Positions 26,579 to 35,657 of a stretch of 64,000 bases of DNA are shown in pieces. The stretch comes from Candidatus Nomurabacteria bacterium GW2011_GWC2_42_20 (lineage in GTDB: Bacteria; Patescibacteriota; Minisyncoccia; Phycocordibacterales; UBA1550), in assembly GCA_000998425.1 (NCBI GenBank), contig LCDG01000002.1:35178-99177 (forward strand), written 5' to 3'. The notes under the pieces were generated by a model. The model had not been told where the DNA came from. It ran no database searches and was given only the letters and a program-made list of their open reading frames with translations. Made by a program: the position numbers and the translations under genes. Position 1 is the first letter of the stretch; each line of letters opens with the position of its first letter.

Positions 26579-27880
26579 CTAATCCTGAAAGAAAACTCTC
26601 TGTTCGAGTCTATTAAGCCCATTGTCTTGAGGAAAATGTTTTTCAAAAAGTCTTATGGCCGGGTCGCCAGAATATTCATTGTGGCGTGCTGCATAATGCA
26701 TGGCGAGAATCATTTCTTCAGGCTCCCCAACACAATCAAGAGGCTTAAATCCTTCAATGCCAAGAATGCGCTCAAAGAGAGGCAGGAGGCTCTTTTTGGC
26801 ATAAAGATTAGCACCAAAGATACTCATTACTTCTTTTTTGGGTAAAAATGCTGAAAAAGACGCAAAGAGGAACACGCATTTCGGACATCGATTGCACCAG
26901 TAGTTTTTACGCAAGAGGAGCTGTTGAATACGCGGAAGCCAAAAATAAGTATTACAGCTCGTAAAGGCGTGTAGATATTGTGGGTAGCGGATAAAACGCT
27001 TCACAATCTCCAACTCACTGTATTCACGCAAGAGCGAGCGTGTCGAAATGTCCGGTGTTATAAAGGCTTGTATATAGTCATTAATCATTTTTTCAGCCTC
27101 TGATGATTTGCACCACTGATGATTCACTGGCAATCCAAGGTAGTCGAGATTACCAAAATCAGCACTGCGCTCATTGGAAAAAATTATTGAGTCATAGCCG
27201 AGAAGCTCCGCCATCAGTGTTGCAGTAAAAGTGAAAGTGGATACCGACGGGTATGCGCCTGGGAAAAAATAGTCGATCCATGGATCACGGCGACGAATAA
27301 CGCTGATGGTTTCTGCGCCTACTAGTTTTGCAATATTCTTGTGCGCGGGCGTTGGAGCAAAAGCGAAGAAGTCGAACTGCGTTCCCGACGATTTTAATAT
27401 TTCAGCGGATAGAACAGAATCTTTCCCCGCTCCGTTCAAAAGAAGTGCTCTTGCTGGACGCTCGAACCGTGCAGGAGTATGGGCAACAGCAGAATCACTA
27501 TACGGAAATGCAATGAGGTTGCGGAAATCAATCTTCATGAGATAGAAATATTCTGCTAGCCCATTTAAATAAAGCGAGTTCCAAAAGCGCGCCTGTTCTC
27601 GCGTAAGAGTAAAGCCCTCAATGCGCATGTTGCTCGTTGGAAAAGCAGACCAGTAATTAATACCAATCATTAGAAGAAGTGCCTGTAGCGTTGGCTCCAA
27701 TACAGCGGTAGGTACTTTCTCCCATAACTCTGGTTTTATGTTTTTTAGATAAAGTCTATCTATAAAGGTCTTACTTATGCCGAAATTAAATTCAACATGG
27801 TACGTAAATGTGACGATTGAAAGGTTGGTATCGACCTTGTATGTGCCAAAAGTAAACGATGAGACTTGTAACATTTTCAT
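26579..27880 (-). CDS. hypothetical protein with a central PP-loop-like ATP pyrophosphatase motif
   Basis: ...ALLLNGAGKDSVLSAEIL... resembles the SGGxDS P-loop. C-terminal CNRCPKC...C cluster. Confidence 0.45.
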   Translation of the reverse strand: MKMLQVSSFTFGTYKVDTNLSIVTFTYHVEFNFGISKTFIDRLYLKNIKPELWEKVPTAVLEPTLQALLLMIGINYWSAFPTSNMRIEGFTLTREQARFWNSLYLNGLAEYFYLMKIDFRNLIAFPYSDSAVAHTPARFERPARALLLNGAGKDSVLSAEILKSSGTQFDFFAFAPTPAHKNIAKLVGAETISVIRRRDPWIDYFFPGAYPSVSTFTFTATLMAELLGYDSIIFSNERSADFGNLDYLGLPVNHQWCKSSEAEKMINDYIQAFITPDISTRSLLREYSELEIVKRFIRYPQYLHAFTSCNTYFWLPRIQQLLLRKNYWCNRCPKCVFLFASFSAFLPKKEVMSIFGANLYAKKSLLPLFERILGIEGFKPLDCVGEPEEMILAMHYAARHNEYSGDPAIRLFEKHFPQDNGLNRLEQRVFFQD

Positions 27881-28039
27881 GGTGTCTACATAATGGTTAT
27901 CTTATATCAGTTTAGTAAGCCTTCCGTTTAGGTTGCTTTTTTGATTCGATTGCTAGCTGCTTATGATACCATAAAAGGTCCCTACCGCCGAAAGTCACAA
28001 TTATTAGACTTTCAACCATCTTTGCGTTAAACTTGTGCC

Positions 28040-28294
28040 ATGAGCTCATCAGATGATTATATTGTTATTACTGAATCACACGATATGAATGATGATTCAA
28101 GTGATTCAGATATCAAAACCCCTGTAGAAGGGGAGGAGGTTTCGCGTCGAACACTCGAGGATCAGGGGATTTCTATTCTCGGCGAAGACGGTGGCCCAGA
28201 AAAAGTTGGGGATATTGACCAATTCTCTCGCGAGCTTATGGATGAAGGTGGGATAGAAATTGTTTCAGGAGATGAAAAGGATTTATTCTTATAA
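28040..28294 (+). CDS. hypothetical acidic small protein
   Basis: 84 aa, D/E-rich. Confidence 0.3.
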   Translation: MSSSDDYIVITESHDMNDDSSDSDIKTPVEGEEVSRRTLEDQGISILGEDGGPEKVGDIDQFSRELMDEGGIEIVSGDEKDLFL

Positions 28295-28324
28295 ATTAGC
28301 TTACGCGCGCAGGTCAACAATGAC

Positions 28325-29761
28325 TTGCGCGTTTCATTTTATATGGTAGCAACATTCGTACTTGTATATATGTTAATGATGATACCTATTGGTATCTATG
28401 CTTCACGCAAAGTTAAATCCTCACAGGATTTCGCTCTCGCAGGACGTCATTTGCCATTTTCTATGGCTCTCGCAACTGTTTTCGCGACATGGTTTGGCTC
28501 AGAAACATTTCTTGGGGCTGGGTCCCGCATGGCCGAGGGTGGCTTCCTCTCGGTTATCGAAGATCCTTTTGGCGCAGGTCTCTGCCTCGTTCTTATCGGT
28601 CTATTTTTTGCGAAAAAACTTTATGCGAAGCACAATCTAACTATTGGAGACTATTTTCATGAGCGATACAACAAAACAGTCGCAACACTTCTTTCTATAG
28701 CGATAATTCTCACATATTTTGGGTGGGTTGCGGCTCAGTTTGTGGCGTTAGGGATAATTATAAATATGCTTCTTGGGATACCTGCAATTACTGGGATGTT
28801 GCTGGCAGCTATTATTGTCGTTATCTATACATATATTGGCGGTATGTGGTCCGTATCCATTACAGACACAGTACAAATGGGGGTCATAGTGGTTGGTCTG
28901 TTTGTTATTTTAGGAGAAGTCCTTTGGCAAATTGGTGGGATTGGAACAGTTTTTGCAAATACACCTGCTGAGTTCTTCAGGGTTACTCCACCAGATGCTA
29001 CAACAAAAGATTGGCTTGCATGGATTGCTGCTTGGATGACGATAGGTCTCGGATCTATTCCGCAACAGGATGTATACCAGCGTGTGATGTCTGCAAAGAC
29101 TGCGGCGATAGCGAAATGGGCGTCAATCTCGGCTGGAGTCCTTTATTTTACTATCGCTCTTATCCCACTCACTCTTGGTCTCATCGCTAGAATAAAATAC
29201 CCTGAACTTGTTTTAAGCGACCCACAACATCTTCTCCCTACTCTCATTATGGACAACACGAGTGTTATAACTCAAGTCTTTTTCTTTGGCGCGCTTCTGT
29301 CAGCTATTATGAGTACTGCGTCTGGCGCCCTTCTCGCTCCCGCAACCCTGCTTGGTGAAAACGTTATCAAGCCATTCTTTAATAACATTACTGATAGGGT
29401 TCGGTTGTCAATTATTCGTTCTTCAATAATTATTATTGCGCTAGGTGGTTTAATGCTGGCTTCCTCGCAGGGGAGCATCTACGAACTTGTTAGCGGAGCA
29501 TACTCAATCACTCTTGTTTCTGCATTTGTGCCACTTGTGATGGGTCTCTACACAACAAAGGCAAATAGCCTAGGCGCGCTTCTTGCAATCATCCTTGGCG
29601 GAGCAGGGTGGCAGTTTACCGAGCTGTATATCGTGGATCCTTTTATACCAGCGACATTAGTAGGACTTGGATTAAGCTTTATTGGGATGGTCGCTGGTAT
29701 ATTCACAGAGAAACACATACACAGATTATCTAGACATATTAAAAAACTACCTAAAATATGA
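28325..29761 (+). CDS. sodium:solute symporter family transporter
   Basis: About 13 TM helices. SSS-family pattern GSETFLGAG... Confidence 0.8.
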   Translation: MRVSFYMVATFVLVYMLMMIPIGIYASRKVKSSQDFALAGRHLPFSMALATVFATWFGSETFLGAGSRMAEGGFLSVIEDPFGAGLCLVLIGLFFAKKLYAKHNLTIGDYFHERYNKTVATLLSIAIILTYFGWVAAQFVALGIIINMLLGIPAITGMLLAAIIVVIYTYIGGMWSVSITDTVQMGVIVVGLFVILGEVLWQIGGIGTVFANTPAEFFRVTPPDATTKDWLAWIAAWMTIGLGSIPQQDVYQRVMSAKTAAIAKWASISAGVLYFTIALIPLTLGLIARIKYPELVLSDPQHLLPTLIMDNTSVITQVFFFGALLSAIMSTASGALLAPATLLGENVIKPFFNNITDRVRLSIIRSSIIIIALGGLMLASSQGSIYELVSGAYSITLVSAFVPLVMGLYTTKANSLGALLAIILGGAGWQFTELYIVDPFIPATLVGLGLSFIGMVAGIFTEKHIHRLSRHIKKLPKI

Positions 29762-29821
29762 CAATTATGGTCGTGGCGCATGCTCTTGCATTATTAGGCA
29801 AGATATGCTAGAGTAATAGCA

Positions 29822-30085
29822 ATGATTACGACAAAGCAGAAACAGAATATTATCAAGAAAGCGCAGATTCACGCCACAGACACTGGCTCGCCAGAAGCTC
29901 AGGTTGCACTCCTTTCAAAGAGTATTGACGAACTCGCTATCCATTTGAAGAAAAACCACAAGGACAACCACTCTCGTCGTGGTCTTCTGCAGATGGTTGC
30001 GGATCGTCGCACACATTTGAACTACCTCAAACGCAAGAGCAAGGTTCGCTACGAATCTTTGGTTAAAAAGATTGGTTTGAAATAA
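29822..30085 (+). CDS. rpsO: 30S ribosomal protein S15
   Basis: ...DTGSPEAQVALLSKSI...HSRRGLLQMVADRRTHLNYLKRK is the S15 signature. Confidence 0.9.
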   Translation: MITTKQKQNIIKKAQIHATDTGSPEAQVALLSKSIDELAIHLKKNHKDNHSRRGLLQMVADRRTHLNYLKRKSKVRYESLVKKIGLK

Positions 30086-30094
30086 GATAAACAA

Positions 30095-30130
30095 GAAGGC
30101 CCCTAAGAAGGGGTCTTCTTGTTTATCTTT
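30095..30130 (+). terminator. rho-independent terminator
   Basis: caagaaggcccctaagaaggggtcttcttg followed by a T-rich run. Confidence 0.65.
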
Positions 30131-30221
30131 GTTCATGAGATAATACAAAAGTAGAACACGTTAATCATTTTTATAAATTAAAAACATGTATCGCATGCTC
30201 AATGCGTGCCCATTTTCATAT

Positions 30222-30815
30222 ATGGCAATCATCAAACAAAAGGAACAGCGTGTCGCGATGTTTATTGACGCGCAGAATCTTTACCATAGCGCCCGTAATC
30301 TTTATGGAGCAAAAGTAAACTTCGGAGCAGTGCTCAAGGAGGCTGTCGCTGGAAGACACCTCGTACGCGCAATAGCATACGTTATCACCACTGAAGGAGA
30401 GGAGGAAAAAAGTTTTTTTGACGCTTTAAATAGTCTTGGTATCGAAACGAGAACAAAGGATCTTCAAATATTTTTTGGTGGAGCAAAAAAAGCCGACTGG
30501 GACGTAGGCCTCGCGGTAGATGCGATACGCATAGGGTCCAAGGTTGATGCTGTAGTTTTGGCGTCAGGCGACGGAGATTTTGTGCCACTGGTTGAATATT
30601 TAAAGTTTATGGGGACACAGGTTGAAATTATTACCTTCGGACGCTCAGCATCTGGGAAACTTCGCGAGGTATCAGACGACTTTATTGATATGTGCGATGA
30701 TCAGCGTAAATACCTTCTTGGTTCGCGTGGTGGGAACATAAATGTTGGGAACCCGCGTCGCGTAGCTCGCAAACAGGCGCCACGTCTGCGAAAGGAAAAC
30801 CAAAAGGGAGAGTAA
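30222..30815 (+). CDS. NYN/LabA-like domain protein
   Basis: VAMFIDAQNLYHSARNLYG...VVLASGDGDFVPLVE. Start preferred at MAIIKQ; the ORF track begins at 30186. Confidence 0.65.
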   Translation: MAIIKQKEQRVAMFIDAQNLYHSARNLYGAKVNFGAVLKEAVAGRHLVRAIAYVITTEGEEEKSFFDALNSLGIETRTKDLQIFFGGAKKADWDVGLAVDAIRIGSKVDAVVLASGDGDFVPLVEYLKFMGTQVEIITFGRSASGKLREVSDDFIDMCDDQRKYLLGSRGGNINVGNPRRVARKQAPRLRKENQKGE

Positions 30816-30880
30816 GAAAGCTGTCACCAAACAACCTTTCTGTTACAATTTTCAGTTTTTGACTACGACAAGCATAATTA

Positions 30881-30910
30881 AAAGCCCGACATTTTATGTC
30901 GGGCTTTTGT
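30881..30910. terminator. stem-loop terminator
   Basis: aaaagcccgacattttatgtcgggctttt. Confidence 0.65.
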
Positions 30911-31254
30911 TTACACAAGAATGGGCGTTAACCGTAGAAATGATGGCTGGTGCAGGCCATACCCATGGAAAGGTCTGCTTTTTTTACACCTTTCTCTCCA
31001 GCTACTTGGTCGCCAGATGGTACAGCCCCTGGATGGCGAAAACCTGAGGAACCAGGACTTGTCTGGGCGGTTGATGCCATAGCCCGAGCTCGAAACGAAC
31101 CACTTTTTGAGGAATGCTGTTCATTCTTGTTCATTTTTCTTTTCTCCGTATATTAAGTTGAAGGACAAAAACCAGCCCGCACACTACCACAGGATGTGTG
31201 AAATTGCAACACAAGCTTGGACAGGTTGAGATAGAGCAGGTATACTAAACAGTA

Positions 31255-32259
31255 ATGGAACAAACTGCTCCTAATAAAAAACTAGAACCTGGAGTTTACC
31301 AAGGAACCCCAGAGTCTCCTGATCAAAAAAAGCTGCCATCTCAACGTGTCATTCGCACAATGCAAAATGACGCTGAAGAAGCGATAAAGACACAAAATGA
31401 AACAGCTGTGTCTATCGCTCTTGCAGAGGAAAAGAAACGAGCAGTTCTGCAGGCAAAACTTGCAGCAGAAAAACAAATACAAAACGGGACATCTGGTGGC
31501 GCGCCAAAGCGATTTGGGCGAACGTTCGTCATTTTCATATTAGTATTAATTATTATTTCTGTGGCACTCTTATTTATTTTTGTGTTGCCAAAAATAAAAA
31601 ATATCACATTACCAACAACATCTCCGACGATTAGTGTACCAGCTAAAACAATCACTCCCATACAAGAAACCCCGAAGACAGAGTCACTCGCTCCCTCTCT
31701 TATCTCTGTACAGTCCGAAAAACGTTTCAATATAGCAAATGAAACCCCAGAAAAGATATTTGCTGAAATTTCTAATGAGCGCAAGTACGGGATCTCAGCA
31801 TCATCCATTAAAAATTTCTACATTTATGAAGATGGTGGCGCTGACGCAAAGGCTATATCGGTGAATCGATTTATTAGTTTTACTAATACCCAAGTGCCAG
31901 AAATTTTTGTTCGCTCGCTCGAAAACCAATTTATGGTCGGTTTCTTTGGCGAGTCCAATGGCGGGACTGCTCCGTTTATTATCATCAAAGTTTCTGATTA
32001 TGAAACTGGACTTGCTGGAATGCTAGAGTGGGAAAAGGATTTGCCGCGCTTTTTTGATACTGTGTTTGGAACAAATATTATGAATGGTGTAACAACAATA
32101 AAATTTAACGACATTGTCGTAGGTGGGAATGATGCACGGTATCTTAATGTTGTTTTTGGCAATACTATCGCGTATGCATTTGTAAACAAAAACACTCTTG
32201 TAATAGCGAGCAGCCTAACATCACTCAAGGAGCTCCTGCCACTTGCGGGGAAAAACTAA
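31255..32259 (+). CDS. single-pass membrane protein, hypothetical
   Basis: TM helix FVIFILVLIIISVALLFIFVL, extracytoplasmic C-terminal domain. Confidence 0.5.
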   Translation: MEQTAPNKKLEPGVYQGTPESPDQKKLPSQRVIRTMQNDAEEAIKTQNETAVSIALAEEKKRAVLQAKLAAEKQIQNGTSGGAPKRFGRTFVIFILVLIIISVALLFIFVLPKIKNITLPTTSPTISVPAKTITPIQETPKTESLAPSLISVQSEKRFNIANETPEKIFAEISNERKYGISASSIKNFYIYEDGGADAKAISVNRFISFTNTQVPEIFVRSLENQFMVGFFGESNGGTAPFIIIKVSDYETGLAGMLEWEKDLPRFFDTVFGTNIMNGVTTIKFNDIVVGGNDARYLNVVFGNTIAYAFVNKNTLVIASSLTSLKELLPLAGKN

Positions 32260-32277
32260 ACACGTTACACTATACAC

Positions 32278-32637
32278 ATGACAAATATTTCTGATCTTAA
32301 AAATATGCTTCTGGAGGAAAAAGTTCGCCTTACAAACGAGCTTTCTATGGTTGGCCACAAAAATCCTGAAATAGAAGGAGACTGGGAGCCATCTGCTCCA
32401 GACCTAAATAACCCAACAGCAGACGTAAACGATGTCGCAGACAGCATTGAAGCGTTTGAAGGAAACTCGGCGATAGAAGTAGAACTTGAAGCGCGCCTCC
32501 TTGAGGTAGACACTGCTCTCGCTCGCATTGAGGCTGGTACATATGGTATTTGTCGTATATGTGGCGCAAAAATAGAAGACGCTCGCCTACACGCAAACCC
32601 AGCAGCCCCTACCTGTATCGCACACAGAGAAGGATAA
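32278..32637 (+). CDS. DksA/TraR family C4-type zinc-finger protein
   Basis: C-terminal CRICGAKIEDARLHANPAAPTCIAH. Confidence 0.7.
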   Translation: MTNISDLKNMLLEEKVRLTNELSMVGHKNPEIEGDWEPSAPDLNNPTADVNDVADSIEAFEGNSAIEVELEARLLEVDTALARIEAGTYGICRICGAKIEDARLHANPAAPTCIAHREG

Positions 32638-32655
32638 ACTCGCTCGTATGCGAGA

Positions 32656-34200
32656 ATGACTATGCAATTTTCAAAACTATTTTCTGCTCAAATAGTCGGT
32701 CTCGTAGCTCATATTATCGATGTTGAAGTTGATCTTTCCAAAGGTCTCAATGCTTTTTCTTTGGTTGGACTTCCGAGCGCATCTGTAGATGAATCGCGTG
32801 ACCGCGTAAGTGCTGCTGTAAAAAATTCTGGTTTTACTTCACCTAAACAAAAGAACCAAAAAGTTGTAATTGCGCTAGCCCCAGCAGAGCTCAAAAAGGA
32901 AGGGTCTCATTATGACCTAGCGATTGCACTCGCATACCTGATGGCCTCAGGTGAAACGAGGTTTGACCCAAAGGGTAAATTGTTTCTTGGAGAGCTGTCA
33001 CTTGATGGGGTCGTTCGACCTATTCATGGGGCGCTCCTAATAGCAAACGCAGCAAAAAAAGCAGGATTCTCTGAAATATTTTTACCTGAAAAAAATATGC
33101 GTGAAGCTGCGTTGGTAAGTGACATAAAGGTTTACGGCGTGCGCAATCTTTCTGAAATCTTGCAACATCTAGACAAGAATCAAAAATATAAACTTGCACC
33201 GCATATAAATACTGACACAAACAACGCAGAAATAATTTTAGATAAAACAATAGTTGATCTTTCTCATATCAAGGGGCAGGAGTTTGCAAAGCGCGCTCTC
33301 GAGATCGCTGCAGCAGGCAACCACAATCTAGCAATGTGGGGACCACCTGGAACAGGGAAGACGATGCTTGCGCAGGCCTTCCAACATATTCTTCCAGACC
33401 TACACAACGAACACTCTCTAGAGGTCACAGGAATCCACTCGGTAGCTGGAACACTCCGTGAAAATATAATGACGCGACCACCACTTCGCGCGCCACACCA
33501 TACAGCATCGTACCCTGCAGTGATTGGCGGAGGGGCGATACCAAAACCAGGAGAAATTACCCTTGCGCATCGTGGCGTGCTTTTTCTTGATGAATTTCCG
33601 GAGTTCGACCGCCGCGTTATTGAGTCTTTGCGTGAACCGCTTGAGGAAGGGCACATTCGCATCACGCGCGCAAAGGGTCACGACACTTTTCCAGCTCGTT
33701 TCATATTGCTCGCTGCTATGAACCCTTGCCCGTGCGGTAAATACGGAAGCGAAGATAGGTGTATATGTATGCCGGGGACTCTCGCATCATATACACGCAA
33801 GGTTTCAGGACCAATAATGGATCGTATTGAGCTCTGGGTAAAAGTTTCTCATATGAGTCATGATAAACTAGCAGAAGCTAGTACTGGTGAAACAACAAAG
33901 GATGTGTGTGCGCGCATAACAAGGGCCAGAGGGATGCAGGAGGCGCGATTTGCAAACCATGCGCGTAAAATAACCACCAATAGTGAAATGCGGGCTGATG
34001 ACATAGAAGTTTTTATAAAACTAACACCAAAACTTCGCACTCTTTTTAATACATCTGCGGAGCGTTTAAAATTATCACCTCGCGCTCACCATAAAACAAT
34101 AAAAGTTGCTCGCACTATTGCTGACCTGGATAGCTCTGATGACATACAAGAAAAGCACATCCTTGAAGCACTTGCGTACCGCCCGACAGAACTCAAATAG
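32656..34200 (+). CDS. Mg-chelatase-like AAA+ ATPase ComM/YifB family
   Basis: N-terminal Lon-like subdomain, Walker A GPPGTGKT, Walker B LFLDEFPEF, C-terminal Mg_chelatase_C. Confidence 0.9.
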   Translation: MTMQFSKLFSAQIVGLVAHIIDVEVDLSKGLNAFSLVGLPSASVDESRDRVSAAVKNSGFTSPKQKNQKVVIALAPAELKKEGSHYDLAIALAYLMASGETRFDPKGKLFLGELSLDGVVRPIHGALLIANAAKKAGFSEIFLPEKNMREAALVSDIKVYGVRNLSEILQHLDKNQKYKLAPHINTDTNNAEIILDKTIVDLSHIKGQEFAKRALEIAAAGNHNLAMWGPPGTGKTMLAQAFQHILPDLHNEHSLEVTGIHSVAGTLRENIMTRPPLRAPHHTASYPAVIGGGAIPKPGEITLAHRGVLFLDEFPEFDRRVIESLREPLEEGHIRITRAKGHDTFPARFILLAAMNPCPCGKYGSEDRCICMPGTLASYTRKVSGPIMDRIELWVKVSHMSHDKLAEASTGETTKDVCARITRARGMQEARFANHARKITTNSEMRADDIEVFIKLTPKLRTLFNTSAERLKLSPRAHHKTIKVARTIADLDSSDDIQEKHILEALAYRPTELK

Positions 34201-34282
34201 AATGTTGAATGAGTAAAAAAGAGCGCGCGTGACCTACGGCCATGCGCGCTCTTCAATATTCTAAATTCTATATTCCACCCAA

Positions 34283-35359
34283 CTAGAACGGATTCTTTGC
34301 GCCACGAACCTCAAAGTGAAGGTGCGGGCCTGTTGACTTCCCAGTATTACCAACCTCTCCAATCGGTTGACCCTTATCGACACGTGCGCCTATTGGTGTA
34401 TAAACAGCGCTTAGGTGCCCGTACAGTGTTTGCGTCCCATTTGGGTGCTCAATAACTAAGTAGTTTCCATAACCACCAAACCATGGGTTGGAGAGTGTTT
34501 GGAAACGACTTACGATAACTGCCCCTTCTGCTGAAGCATATACTGGTGTACCTATTGGTGCGCCATAATCTACACCATTATACCCATGAATCCCCTGTGT
34601 CTTATGCCCATCTGGTACTGGGTGTGAGTAATAGCCACCAATAGAAGGGTACGCAGCAATCACTTTGGAGCGACTTACATTAGCCTTGCCAGACAGTGCT
34701 ACTGAGGCCTCCTTCCCGTTAGGGATAATCACTACATCACCAATAGAAAGTTTCTGATCAACAGTGATATTATTAAACTCTAGAATTTCATCAATGTCCC
34801 CTTTGTACTTTTTTGCTATATCTTTAAGCGTGTCCCCCTTTTTTACAACATGTTGAACTCCATCTATGGGTAGAATAACCAAATGCTGTCCTACACGTAG
34901 GCTTGCGCCACGAGAAATGTCGTTAGCCCAGAGAATTGTGTTAACGGTTACATCAAACATTTTTGCTATTTGCTCAATCGTGTCTCCTGAGCGTACAACA
35001 TATAGACTAACCTTGCCTTGCCGGCTACTTGATTCGATATCTGCAATGGTGCCAGACGGACCAACTTCGGAAGAAAAAGCTTGATCATCCATCGTAATAT
35101 CACCACCGCCAGTAGCTTTTTTCGTATCAAAATTTACAACACCCTCCAAAAAGGCGATTGTCTGAGAATTTTGTGCTTCTGCGCGCGCGGGTGGAGTCTC
35201 GACGCTCTCAGACCTGATAAATTTACTAAACAAATACGACGACGTACGAGCCTGCGCTTGGGCTATTGGCATACTTAGCCCAAATAACACAAAGGTTAAA
35301 ACGAGTCCAACGCTCGTGAACTTCGAAAAATGTGTATATTTCGCCCAGCCTGCTTTCAT
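34283..35359 (-). CDS. M23 family metallopeptidase with signal peptide and two LysM domains
   Basis: LysM repeats YVVRSGDTIEQIAKMF / HVVKKGDTLKDIAKKY. M23 motifs HxGxD...HLHFE. Start chosen at MKAGWAKY. Confidence 0.85.
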   Translation of the reverse strand: MKAGWAKYTHFSKFTSVGLVLTFVLFGLSMPIAQAQARTSSYLFSKFIRSESVETPPARAEAQNSQTIAFLEGVVNFDTKKATGGGDITMDDQAFSSEVGPSGTIADIESSSRQGKVSLYVVRSGDTIEQIAKMFDVTVNTILWANDISRGASLRVGQHLVILPIDGVQHVVKKGDTLKDIAKKYKGDIDEILEFNNITVDQKLSIGDVVIIPNGKEASVALSGKANVSRSKVIAAYPSIGGYYSHPVPDGHKTQGIHGYNGVDYGAPIGTPVYASAEGAVIVSRFQTLSNPWFGGYGNYLVIEHPNGTQTLYGHLSAVYTPIGARVDKGQPIGEVGNTGKSTGPHLHFEVRGAKNPF

Positions 35360-35657
35360 CTGCCCTCGGCTGAGGTCCTTTATTTTTGTAGAAATGGTTA
35401 TATGAAATATGTATCCTCCTGTCGTGCAGCCGTGTCGGGAAATATCGTCTTTTCTGTAAACCTGGGGCCTATCCCCGAGATTACCTAAATCGTAGCACGA
35501 AATAGTATTTTTTGGGAGTGGGTTGGGTAAAAACTGTGGATAACTCAAAACCACCCAAAAACCATTGACTTTTGGGTATAAATTAGGTATAATTAAAAAG
35601 TAGTAATTTTATTTTGATTGTACGCAATTACAGAATTGTGCAATAATTCACTAAACA

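Noticed and set aside
30928-31156. Two overlapping ~68-aa ORFs (both strands) in the spacer upstream of the 31255 membrane-protein gene
   Set aside because: They overlap each other, have low-complexity composition and no terminator. The minus one has a plausible RBS, but support is too weak to call.
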